In this document: positions 52,301-64,000 of the stretch, in pieces
Layout: every line of letters starts with the position of its first letter
How positions within the stretch are numbered: position 1 is the first letter of the stretch
Notes under the pieces: generated by a model
Told to the model about the DNA's origin: nothing
The model's database searches: none
Seen by the model: only the letters and a program-made list of their open reading frames with translations
Translations under genes and position numbers: made by a program
Assembly (NCBI RefSeq): GCF_009914755.1
Contig: NC_060929.1
Strand: one strand, 5' to 3'
DNA length: 64,000 nucleotides
Source: the human T2T-CHM13v2.0 reference genome, Homo sapiens

Positions 52301-53059
52301 TAGAAGAAAAACATTTGTTTCGATTTTTGCTGTTTTTTTTTCAATTGCTATCCACATACTCAGATTAAATTTTGAATCAAATATTATATTGACTGTATGC
52401 AGCTTACTTTGCTGATTTTGCTTTCAAGGCATTTGCATATACTTTCTGTCATTCTGTCCCCTCAAGAACTCTTTTACAAAAACTGGCTAGATAATTAATC
52501 CTCATTTTATGCATGAAGAAATACCCAAGCAAAGATGACCAGTGCCTCCGCAGAAACAGCCTAGTGCTTTTTTTTTTTTAATTTTTTAAAATACTGACTT
52601 CACAGCTATAGAATTGCAAAAAGAGATGGGGTAGAAATTGCCTGGGCCTTATTACAGAGAGTATTGTCAACTGCAGTTGCGAGTATTGGTCGGTCATTTT
52701 GGGTGCAAATGTTCTTCCTTCTGATCTGGAATATGGTAGAATGATCTTGGTTTAAACATAGAGGGAGTAACCACAGAGGAGGTGACTTCTTTTTTGCTAC
52801 ATAAATCACAGTCCACTCTAAGACCACTTGACTCATAATACTTCTTTAACTTCACACTTCCTTGCTCACCACACTGCAATGGATTATCACTGTGTTCAGC
52901 CCACACCTGCTTTTCCCTAGCTAAGGTTCAAGAAGTTCATCCTCCTATTCTACCTTCTATCTGATTTTAAGTCTCACTGAAGATCATCAGCCTGCCTCGC
53001 TAAGCTTTCCCAGCATGCCCTGCTTGTCAGGCCTTGGGGGTCTCGGTTTATGGTGTTTC

Positions 53060-53118
53060 TAAAAGTTAGTGCAAAAGTTGTTGCAGTTTTTGCCATTGCT
53101 CTAATGCACCAACTTAAT
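53060..53118. mobile_element. Internally deleted MADE1 (Hsmar1 MITE)
   Basis: gttagtgcaaaagttgttgcagtttttgccatt...aatgcaccaacttaa. Confidence 0.75.
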
Positions 53119-53199
53119 ATCTAGGATGCTCTTCTTCTCTTGTCTCTTCATTATTCAGATTACACATCCTTTATGTTAAATTGAATTAGAGATGTCTAG

Positions 53200-53990
53200 A
53201 AATACTTATTGGATTGCTGCATACCTTTTCCTTAAGACCCACCTCCTCTTTTCCTAATAAATCCAACTTACATGAACCTCTCCTTCCTTTGGTCTCAAAC
53301 AAGAAAATTATTTCAAGTACTTATTGTAGATGCAAAACATTGGTGATGGTTTTCTTCTATTCTTTTGTCTCTGTCAAAATTGGAGGGATTCTTGCCTAAG
53401 CATAGCACAACTTCTCAACCTTTTCTCAATCCATTCTTTCAACTGCCTCCAGAGTTTACTTTTAAGGAAAATAATACCCTGTTTTTTCTCTAACTGAAAA
53501 ACCTTCTATGACTCCACCACTGCTACAAGAAAAAGTCCAAATGCCTTAGCCCAACATTTAGAGTCTGCCAATGACTGGCTTTCATCTGTCTCTTCACCAT
53601 TTTGTCTTCTAAATCTACCATTTACACCTTCTGTTAAAATCTTACTGGAATAGGCAATGGTCTCTGAATAAGTGCCATTTATTGTTTTTTATTGTCTTAC
53701 CATCTCTTTCTTTTTTAGTTATATTATTCTTTTACTTGAGTATCTTCTTCACTCCACCACTTTTCTCCTCATCCGGATCATATTCACTTTAAGGATGCAA
53801 GTGAATTTTACTTTCTCCATGAACCTTTCTAATCTCACAGAGTTACCCCTTCTTTTGCCCATTCTTTGATTATACTATGTACCTCATTGTAGTGTTTTGC
53901 TCACTCATTAGATTGGAAACATCTTTAGGATCTGGGCTCTGTCTTATTTCTGTTTGTGTTACTTACAGCACTAGGACAATCCCTGATTAA
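53200..53990 (+). mobile_element. L2 fragment
   Basis: aatccattct...ctgcctccagagt...aaaaccttc...aaagtccaaa. Confidence 0.6.
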
Positions 53991-54543
53991 GTTTCTAGTG
54001 GCAGAAGAACTCTTGAAGGAAGGAAATTCCTGCAATCAATGCCATTCAGACTGTGAACAGTTAACAAACATGAGATGTGGGTAACTGCCAATTAGATCCG
54101 CAAGCAACAGACTACATGGGCCCTTCTATGTCTCCATAGAGATACACATTTATTAACCGTGCCCTTCAAAAGAGTGTAAACTTCAGAGAGTTCTCAATGA
54201 ATATTTACAAGACACGCACTGGAGCCCAGAGGAGTTACTTAAATCCTCTGCTACTTTTCTCTTACCTATCCTCTTCCTCCTCCTTGCTGCCTGCTGCACC
54301 CCAACCTCCCCAACCCATGGAGCAGCCATGGGAAGCAGGAGACATCAAAAACCTAATGAATCAAGTATGCAGAACAAGCCAGCATTTTTTAGCTCTTTGT
54401 TAGGGAAGATCCTGGAGGGAAGTGTTTTGTATTACAAACAATGAGAAAGTTCATGCAACCTTGCAAATTAGCACAGGCTGGCCTCAGCTAAATCTGGTCT
54501 TGAAGAAGTTGGGCAGAAAATGGATTTTAAAAAAAAGCCATGA

Positions 54544-54612
54544 GCACATGTATACATATGTAACAAACCTGCACATTGTGCACATGTGCCCTAGAACTTA
54601 AAGTATAATAAT
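54544..54612 (+). mobile_element. Very short L1PA 3' end
   Basis: cacatgtatacatatgtaacaaacctgcac...ctagaacttaaagtataata; TSD aaaaaaaagccatga at 54529-54543 and 54613-54627; TT/AAAA endonuclease site. Confidence 0.92.
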
Positions 54613-55904
54613 AAAAAAAAGCCATGAAAATGAAAAATGAATCTTTTTATCTAATCACCATGTGGAGCCCAGCAGGAAAACTCATAGCTATTGGGGAAGT
54701 CTTTTATATAGATTGATATTTAGAGCAGAGAATAGTGGAAACGTTTAGGATGTGGGCAGGGTGACATATTTGTAACCTGTTGTTATGGAGGATAATTTGG
54801 AGTATTTTCCCAGAGCATGAGTCAATGACCTGTGGTTGGTTGGTTGGTTGTTTCTGGGAACTGTTCCTTCTTCTGATCAATATGAGAGAGGCCCAAATTC
54901 ATGTTGGTGAATTCCCAGCAGCAGTCATTTTATACCATATGACCATCCACCTCCCATCCCCTGCCGTGGCAGAGTCGAAAGGACTCAGAGTGGGCATCTG
55001 ATTCGAGTTAGACCAGTCAGAGTTCCTCTCCTGGTAAGCTGACATCAAGATTTAGCTAGAGTCAGTCTCTCTAGGGGCTAACCATGGAATGTGAAGACCA
55101 TTAATGGCTATAAGCTTCAGTGTGGCCTAAGGACCAGAGGAAGATATTCTACAGCAAGAGAAGTATGAAGATGACACTCAGAGAGGGGCAAAAATGAGGA
55201 GAGAAGTGCTCCTTAGAGCATCCTGATACTCCTACTTCCTTCCCCAAGTTTTACCCATGGTTTAACTGTAATCGTGATGAATATTTCCACCACTAGTGGC
55301 TCCTTGTTTAACATTCAAGCTAGAATCCTTTTTCAATAAGGTCACATATTTTCCACCTCATTTTGTCTAACATTAAGGAAATTATAGTGATCAGAAGAAA
55401 GTTATGTAGCCATTTAAAAAGATGCTTACAAAAGCTTTCTAATACTCTGGAGAATACTTATGTTATAATGTCAAATAAAAATATTCAGACAAAACATTGT
55501 GTATTTATAGTATGAACTTAACCACATTAAACCTTCCATAAAATTGTGTGCAAAAATGCTTGCAAAAATAACCTCCAAATATTAACATGGGCTGTCTCCC
55601 TGTTATTTTATAATTTTCATATTTTTCAAATTTTTTTCCAATAAGTTTATGCTTCTTTTTATAATAGAAAAGCCTAATTTTATTTGGAGACATATTTTTA
55701 TAGTGTCTTGCTTTATGCACTATCAGCTAAGCTTGGAATTTAAAACAAAGTTAACTAGAAGATCACAGAATGCTAATAGTGCAAGGAATATTAGGAATTC
55801 TTTAGTCCAGGGTTTAAAAATATTTATTTGGGGTCACAGATCTTTTGAGAATATGATACAAACTCTGACCTTCTTTTCAGAAAAAAAATATATGTATATG
55901 TTTA

Positions 55905-56345
55905 TATATGTCTCTTCAGATGCTTGGTTGCAAGATACAGAGAACCCTGTGTACAGGCTTAAACTATAAAGGAAATTTATTGATTCAAGTAATCAAAAAG
56001 TCCAGGAGGATCTGGCTCCAGGTGAGGGTTGATCAGGTAACTCAACAATGTCACAGAGGCTCAGATATTTTTTCTCCATTTCTGTTTTTCTTTCCCCAAG
56101 TTTAGCTTTCATTCTTAGGCTGATTCACCTTTGAGCCTCAGGATGGTTTTTATAAGCTCCTGGAATTTTACACTTACTCATTTATACCCAGCAGGAAAGA
56201 AGAGTCTTTGTTTCAGCAACCCCAGTAAATATTGTCTGATTCTCAACCTGACTGGTCAAGCTGAGGTTAAGGTCCACCCCTGAGTCAATCACTGTGGCTA
56301 GAAAACAGAAAGCGCTTAGCGTAGATCATGCATTCCACCCAGCTT
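55905..56345 (-). mobile_element. Old MaLR LTR (MLT1J/K-like)
   Basis: ttggttgcaagatacagagaaccc...gtcaatcactgtggctag. Confidence 0.6.
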
Positions 56346-56783
56346 CCCCACCCCTGATTCATCCCCTAGTAGAAACTGGACTTAGTGTCAAGGTGTTCTA
56401 CTTCATGCTGTGCTGGGATCTCAGGCTAGATTTTTGTCTATTCTAAGGACAACGGAAAGGCACGGAAGATTTGTGATCCTTCTAAATCACTCTCAGTGAC
56501 ACTCAGGTGGATGGATGAATGGAGTTCTCAAAGTTTTGTGAAATGATTTTTGTGACTGTGAAAAATGAGCTCTGCTGAAGGTTAAGGACAGCAAAACCTT
56601 AGCAAGAAGCTCACCTCTGACGTTCTGGTTCCTAAAACCATTTATCTGGATGAAACTCTGATTTGTCATCAAGCGAACCCCATTGTCTGCCAATAAGGTC
56701 ACATGTACATCTTCTGGAGAGATGGGGCCCCTAATTTTTTAAATACATAAAAATAGCAACAGATATCTTAACAATGTTGATAG

Positions 56784-56811
56784 TGATGATGATGATGATG
56801 ATGATGATGAT
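56784..56811. repeat. (GAT)n microsatellite
   Basis: Directly visible. Confidence 0.95.
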
Positions 56812-57426
56812 AAATGTATTAGCTTGGGCTGCTTTGACTCTAGCAATAGAAACCCTGCTCAAACTTGCTTAAGAAGAAAATCAGATGTATTGGCTCAGTT
56901 ATCTGCAAAGTGCAGTTATAGCTAGCTGCAAGGTTCTGCATTTTTAGCTCTCCTATGGCTCTACACACAGGCAATGCATGATTATCATCAGCAGGTCAAA
57001 ATTCATGCTTCTAACTTAATTGCCTCTGTGAACGGTGGAACTGTTCACAGGGATAGAGGACCAGGTTTGGCTAGATGATCATGAATTTAGATTTAGACAT
57101 ATTAACTTAGTGATACCTTAGAGACCTCAGAGAAATCTTAATGTCTCTCCAAGGAAGGGATATTTAAGACAATATTTGAAAGACGAGCTGACCAAGTGCA
57201 GGAGCAGCCAGGGGAGTAGGAGAAGGCAAAGGCCTCAGTCAAGAAAGGACTTATGACACCTGAGGACCTGAAAGAAGGCCTGTGTAGCTGGAGGACAGGG
57301 GACAAAGGGGAGAGTGGCACAAACTGACATAGCAGGGGTCAGCAGGACCCAGCTTCTGCAGAAACATTTAGGACTTCACAGCCACTGTAGAAAGAAAACC
57401 TCTTGCCCAGAAGCTTGGGTGGACAA

Positions 57427-57827
57427 TGATAAAAGGAAAACTGCAGACAAATTAAATTTAACAGAGTTTAATGGAACAAAGAGTTATCCATAGATCAGGC
57501 AGCCCCTGAGCCAGAGTAGTCTGAGAGAGACTCCACCAAGGCCATGTGGTAGAAGAAGATTTATGGACAGAAAAGGGAAAATGACGTACCAGAAATGGAA
57601 GTGAGGTACAGAAACAACTGGATTGGTTATAGCTCAGCATTTGCTTTATTTGCTGTTTGAACAATTGACCCCGCTTCTTGATTGGCCCAAACTAGGTGAT
57701 TGGCATAAGAGTAGCTTACAGTCTGTTTACACCTCCAGTTAGGTTACAGTTCACCATGTACAGTGACACCTTTAGGACAAACTTAAAATATGTAAGGAGG
57801 CAGCCCTAGGTTAAACTTAATTTAACA
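57427..57827 (-). mobile_element. MER51-like ERV1 solo LTR
   Basis: gacaaattaaatttaacagagttt...gaaatggaagtgaggtacagaaac...aggcagccctaggttaaacttaatttaaca. Confidence 0.75.
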
Positions 57828-58129
57828 AGAGGATGACCACAGTTAGACCCATCAGGATATGTCACTATCCTTGATGATGCAGGAAATGGAAACTTTTAAT
57901 GAGCTATCTCTAAGATTTGCAACTATCCCAGGGATGGGCAGGTGGTGAGGGACTCATCACCACCTGTGTTCTCTACAGGAAAGACTAGCTTCGTTATTTA
58001 AAGAAGGGAGGAGGGGAGCTAAGCAATGTGGGTCTGGCAAAACAAACAACTGAAGTAAACCTCAAAAGTGATAATATCATTAATAATAATATCAATTGAT
58101 AATATCAATAATAATGATAATAATGGTAT

Positions 58130-58400
58130 TATAGCCATGTATCATATTTTTTGTTTGATAATATGTGCCAGAAACTACGCTGAGTGCTTTTCTTACATTC
58201 TTTCATTTAAAACCACAGTGACCTTTTGAGGTAGGTGTTATCCCCATTTTACAGAAAAAGAAACTGAGGTCCAAAGAGTTTTATTAGCTGCTTGAGATTA
58301 CACAGTTGGTAAGTAACAGAGGAAGAACTAACACTCATGTCTAGTCTATTGATTTAGATTAGCCTCTGATTTTGGAGGCTAGGCTCTTAACCACTATCTA
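58130..58400 (-). mobile_element. MIR
   Basis: tatccccattttacagaaaaagaaactgagg. Confidence 0.8.
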
Positions 58401-58482
58401 TATGGTAACTTTCTTAGAAAGATTCCAAAATCTTTATAGCTTAGCTTTCAGCAAGACGTTCATGATATAAGCAAGACTAGAT

Positions 58483-59345
58483 GTGGAAGCAGTGAAAAGG
58501 TGCCTCTCCTTTCTCTATTTCTCTCAGCTGCCATGTTCTGAAAGCCATCACTACATTAGAGGTAAAGCCATACTTCCCATGGGCTGCTCCCAGCCAATGA
58601 CTGAGCTTGGCAAAGAAACTAAGACCAGCCTATTCCTGAGAGATGTGGGACTTGTCTTATGGGTTCAAGAACTTTGTTTCAAGGACCTCCTATCAGCTTT
58701 GCCAAGCTTTCTTAGAATTGGAGTGCAGCCAAAGACTCTCCCACTTAAACTTCCTTCCTTTTCTGGTTCATAAGGGACAGACCTGCATGGAACTCTGATG
58801 GGATTCCCATCCTCCTTTGATGCCAGCCCCATTTTTCGACACAGGTGTCTTCTCTAATCTCTTGCAGGTCTAATCCACTGTATTAGCTTCTTAGGGCTGC
58901 TTTAAAAACTACCACAAACTGGGTGGCTTAAACAAAAAGAAGTGTATTGCTTGCAATTCTGAAGGCTGGAAGTTCAAGATCTAGGTGTCTGCAGGCTTGG
59001 GTCCTTCTGAGGGCTGTTCCATGCTTCTCTCCTAGTTTCCATAGCCTTAGATGTTTCTTAGCTTGTAGGTGATGTTCTCCTTCTGTCCTTACATCATCTA
59101 TCCTTTGTATGTGTTTGTCTCTGTGTCCAGATTTCCCCTTTTTATAAGGGCACAGTCATATTGAATTAGGGCTTACTTTAATGACCTCATGTTAACTTGA
59201 TCATCTGCAAAAAATCCTACTTGCAGATTAGATCACATTCACAAGTACTGAAGGATTAGGACTTCAACAGATTTTCTGGGGATACAATTCCACCTACACT
59301 ATCCATTTTAGTGTGTCTTTCTTAGAGGACCTGGGCTAACACACA
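58483..59345 (+). mobile_element. LTR16-like ERVL LTR with nested MLT1B/C (58879-59300, -)
   Basis: gctgctcccagccaatgactgagc host; tgtattagcttcttagggctgc...accacaaactgggtggcttaaac insert. Confidence 0.75.
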
Positions 59346-59454
59346 GGGGAATTCAGGGATTTCAATAAGCCTATTTATATTTTAAAAAGGCATTACTTCT
59401 AAAGTCACCATTTGGTCCCGGTGTATATATGTATTTGACATATATATATTTGCA

Positions 59455-59723
59455 GTCTGTCACCCAGGCTGAAGTGCAGTAGTACGATCTCAGATCACTG
59501 CAGCCTTGTTGTCCCAGGCTCAATCAGTCCTCTCAACTCAGCCCCCACGAGTAGCTTGGACTACAGGCGCACGCCACCATACCTGGCTAAGTTTTGTATT
59601 TGTGGTAGAGATGAGGTTTTGTCATGTTGCCAAGGTTGGTCTCAAACTCCTGGGCTCAAGCAATTCTTCTGCCTCGGTCTCTCAAAGTGCTGGGATTACA
59701 GGCATGAGCCACTATGCCTGGTC
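59455..59723 (-). mobile_element. AluJ
   Basis: tgtcacccaggctgaagtgcagt...ctcctgggctcaagc...aaagtgctgggattacaggcatgagcc. Confidence 0.92.
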
Positions 59724-59857
59724 TGGCCCAGGTATATTTTTGAGGATGAAAAATTCCATATTCATTCTAGAAATGCTAGACATATTTAATTGATCCAATT
59801 GAACATAATTATACCAATTACTACATTTAATAATTTTATCAGAAATATTCCCACAAC

Positions 59858-62800
59858 TTTTTAAAATTTTTAATTTTTATGTGTACATAGTAGGTGTATA
59901 TATTTATGGGTTATATGAGATATTTTGATGCAGGCATGCAATGCATAATAATCACATCAGGGTAAGTGGAGTATCCATCATCTCAGGTATTTATCCTTTG
60001 TGTTGCAAACAATTCAATTATACTCTTTTGCTTATTTTAAAATGTACAATTAAACTATTTTTGACTATAGTCATCCTGTTGTGCAAGCAAATACTAGGTC
60101 TTATTCATTCTTTCTATTTTTTTGTACCCATTCACCATTCCCACTTCCCTCTCACCCACACCCACTATCCTTCCCAGCCTCTGAAAACCATCCTTCTACT
60201 TTCTATCTCCATGAGTTCAATTGTTTTAATTTTTAGCTCTCACAAATAAGTGAGAACATGCTTAGTTTGTCTTTCTGTGCCTGGCTTATTTCACTTAACA
60301 TAATGATCTCTAGTTCCATCCATGTTGCAAATGACAGGATCTCATTCTTTTTATGGCTGAATAGTACCCCATTGTGTATATGTACCACATTTTCTTTACA
60401 CATTCATCTGTTGATGGACACATAGGTTGCTTCCAAATCTTGGCTATTGTGAATAGTGCTGCAATAAACATGGAAGTGCAGATATCTCTTCAATATACTG
60501 ATTTTCTTTCCTTTTGGATATATACCTAGAATTAGGATTGCTGGATCATATGGTACCTCTATTTTTAAAATTTTGAGGAATCTCCAAACTGTTCTCCATA
60601 GTGGTTGTAGTTGCACTAATTTATATTCCCACTAACAGTATATGAGAGTTCCCTTTTCTCCGCATTCTTGACAGCATTTGTTATTGCCTGTCTTTTGGAT
60701 AAAAGCCATTTTAATGGTGGTCAGATGATATCTCACTGTAGTTTTGATTTGCATTCCTCTGATGATCAAAGACATTGAGGACCTTTTCATATACCTGTTT
60801 GTCATTGTAAGTCTTCTTTTGTGAAATGTCTATTCAGATATTTTGCCCATTTTTAAATCAGATTTTAGATGTTTTCCTATAGAGTTGTTTGAGCTCCTTA
60901 TATACATTGATTATTAATCTCTTGTCAGTGGGTAGTTCACAAATATTTTTTCCCATTCTGTCAGTTGTCTCTTCACTTTGTTGATTGTTTCCTTTACTGT
61001 GCAGAAGCTTTTTAACTTGATGTGATCCCATTTGTCCATTTTTGCTTTGGTTGCCTGTGCTTGTGAGGTGTTACTTAAGACTTCTTTGCCCACTCTAATT
61101 TCCTGGGGAGTTTCCCCAGTGCTTTCTTTTAGTAGTTTCATAGTTTGAGGCCTTAGATTTAAGTCTTTATTTTGATTTGATTTTTGCATATGGCAAGAGA
61201 TAGGAGTCTACTTTAATTCTTCTGCATATTGATATCCAATATTCCCTGCACCATTTATTGAAGAGACTGTCCTTTCCCCAATGTATGTTCTTGGTAGCTT
61301 TGTCAAAAATAAGTTCATTGTAGATGGGTGGATTTATCTCTGGGTTCTCTATTCTGTTCTACTGATTTATGTGTCTGTTTGCATGCCAGTACCATACCAT
61401 TTTGGTTGCTATAGCTCTTTAGTATAATTTAAAGTCAGGTAATGTGATTTCTCCTGCTTTGTTCTTTTGGTTTAGGATAGTTTTGGCTATTCTGGGTCTT
61501 TTGTGGTTCCATAGGAATTTTTTTTGTATTTCTGTGAAGAATGTCATTGGTATTTTTGTAGAGATTGCATGAAATCTGTAGATTTGCTCTTGGTAGTATG
61601 GACATTTTAACAATATTCATTCTTCCAAGCCATGAACAGGAAATATTTTTCTACTTTTTGGTGTCTTCTTCAATTTTTTTACATCAAGGTTTTATAGTTT
61701 TCATTGTAAAGATCTTTCACTTATTTGGTTAAGTTAATTCCTGGGTATTTTATTTTATTTGTAGCTATTGTAAATGAGATTACTTTCTTGATTTCTTTTT
61801 TAGATTATTTGCTATTGGCATATAGAAATGCTAGTGATTTTTGCACATTGATTTAGTATCCTGTACCTTTACTGAATTTATCAGTTCCAATAGTTTTTTT
61901 GATGAAGGCTTTAGGTTTTTCCAAATATAAGATCATATCATCTGCAAACAAGGATAATTTGACTTCTTCCTTTACAATTTGGATGCCTTTTATTGCTTTC
62001 TTGTGTCTGATTGCTCTAGCCCAGACTTCCAGTACTATGTTGAATAACAGTGGTGAGAGTGGTCATCCTTGTCATGTTCCCCATCTTAGAGGAAAGACTT
62101 TCAGTATGATACTAGCTATGCGTCTGTCATATATGGCTTTTATTGTGTTGAGTATATTCCTTATAAACCCAACTTTTTGAGAGTTTTTATTATGAAGGGA
62201 TGTTGAATTTTATCAAATTCTTTTTCAGCATCAGTTGAAATGATTGTATGATTTTTGTCCTTCATTCTGTTGATATGATGTATCACATGGATTGATTTGT
62301 GTATGTTGAACCATCCTCGCATCCTTGCATCCTTGGGATAAATCCCATTTGGTCATGATGAACGATCTTTCTATGCTGCTGAATTCGGTTTGATAGTATT
62401 TTGTTTAGGATTTCTGCATAAATATTCATCAGGGATATTGGCCTATGGTTTTCTTTTTTTTTGATGTGTTTTGGTCTGGTTTTCACATAAGAGTAATATT
62501 GGCCTGGTAGAATGAGTTTAAAAGTATTCCCTCCTTTATTTTTTGGAACAGTTTGAATAGGATTGGTATTAGTTCTTTAAATGTTTGGCAAAATTCAGCA
62601 GTAAAGCCATCAGGTCGTGGGTTTTTCTCTACTGGAACAATTGTTATTATAGCTTTGATCTCATTACTTGTTATTTGTCTGTTCAGCTTTTGGGTGTCTT
62701 CATGGCTCAATCTTGGTAGGATGTATGTGTCTAGGAATTTATTCATTACTTCTAGATTTTCCAATGTATTGGCATATAGTTACTCATAGTAGCCACTAAT

Positions 62801-64000
62801 GATCCTTTGAATTTCTGCCATGTAGTTTATAATGTCTCCTTTTTTATCTCTGCTTTTATTTATTTGGGACTTCTCTCTTTTTTTCTTAGTTTATCTGGCT
62901 AAAGGTTTGTCAATTTTGTTTATCTTTTCAGAAAACCAACTTTTTGTTTCTTTGATTTTTGGTATTGTTTTCTTCATTTTAATTTCACTTAATGTCTCCT
63001 CTGATCTTTAGTATTTCTTTTCTTCTACTAATTTTGGGTTTGGTTTGCTTTTGCTTTTCTAGTTCTTTAAGATGTATGAAGTAGTTTAAAGTTTTTCTTT
63101 TTTCATGTAGGCATTTACAGCTATAAACTTCCATCTTAGTACTGCTTTCACTGTATCCTGTAGGTTTTGATATGTTGTGTTTCCATTATCATTTATTTCA
63201 AGAAATTTTTCAATTTCTTTCTTAATTTCTTCATTGACCCACTGGTCATTCAGGAGCATGTTGTTTAATTTCCATGTATTTTTATAGTTTCCCAAATTCC
63301 TGTTATTTTTAATTTCTAGTTTTATTCTGTTGTGGTCAGAGAAGATGCTTGGTATTATTTAAAATTTTTTGAATGTTTTAAGACTTATTTTGTGACCCAA
63401 CATATGGTCTATCCTTGAAAATGATCCATGTGCTGAGGAAAAGAATGAATATTCTGCAGTCATTGGATGAAATGTTCTGTAAATATCTGTTAGATCCATT
63501 TGGTCTATAATGCAGATTAAGTCTGATGTTTCTTTGTTGATTTTCTGTCTGGAATATCTTTCCAATGCTAAAAGTGGGTTGTTGAAATCTCTAGATATTG
63601 TTGTATTGGAGTCCCTCTCTTTAGCTCTAATAATATTTGTCTTACATATCTGGGTGCTCCAGTGTTGGATGCATGTATATTTGCAATTGTTAGATTATCT
63701 TCTGAATTGACGCCAATATCATTATATAATAGCCTTTCCTGTCTCTTCTTAGAGTTTTTGTCTTGAAATATATTTTGTCTCAGAAAGTGTAGCCACTCCT
63801 GCTCTTTTTTGTTTCAGTTCACATGGAATACCTTTTTCAATCCCTCTATTTTCACTCTATGTGTGTCTTGATAGGTGAACTATGTTTCTTATAAGCAGCA
63901 GATCAATGATTCTTGCTTTTTTTTTAAAATCCATTCACCCACTCTATGTCTTTTTATTGAAGAGTTTAGTCCATTTACATTCGACACTATTATTGATAAG
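59858..64000 (-). mobile_element. L1MA (L1MA2/3-like), 3'UTR through ORF2, running off the window; ORF2 disrupted
   Basis: Minus-strand ORFs match ORF2p: [76 protein letters not shown]. Confidence 0.96.

Noticed and set aside
57026-57050. 11-bp imperfect palindrome ctgtgaacggt/actgttcacag
   Set aside because: Short with one mismatch; compatible with chance.
59506-59793. ORFs of 95 and 77 aa
   Set aside because: Typical antisense-Alu-derived spurious peptides.
60404-63565. L1 ORF2p ORFs as an active element
   Set aside because: Fragmented by many stops and frameshifts; old L1MA.

Overview
This is AT-rich, CpG-depleted primate (very likely human) non-coding genomic DNA, dense with interspersed repeats: L1, L2, CR1, MIR, Alu, MaLR/ERV LTRs, and hAT and Tigger DNA transposons. 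I see no intact protein-coding gene. The only gene-derived sequences are a full-length processed pseudogene of PPIG (cyclophilin G, ~33012-35707, +) and a 36-nt 5' U2 snRNA retrocopy (19309-19344). Most of the six-frame ORFs are chance ORFs or L1/pseudogene remnants. I found no evidence of a new gene system. The most interesting signals are repair and retrotransposition scars. These are a short L1PA insertion carrying a 32-bp inverted copy of its own target site, a tailless U2 retrocopy with a possible cap-derived G, and two short dispersed local duplications. There are also a few candidate regulatory motifs. Repeat subfamily names and consensus comparisons come from memory and need RepeatMasker/Dfam confirmation. 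Repeat boundaries are approximate unless TSDs are given.
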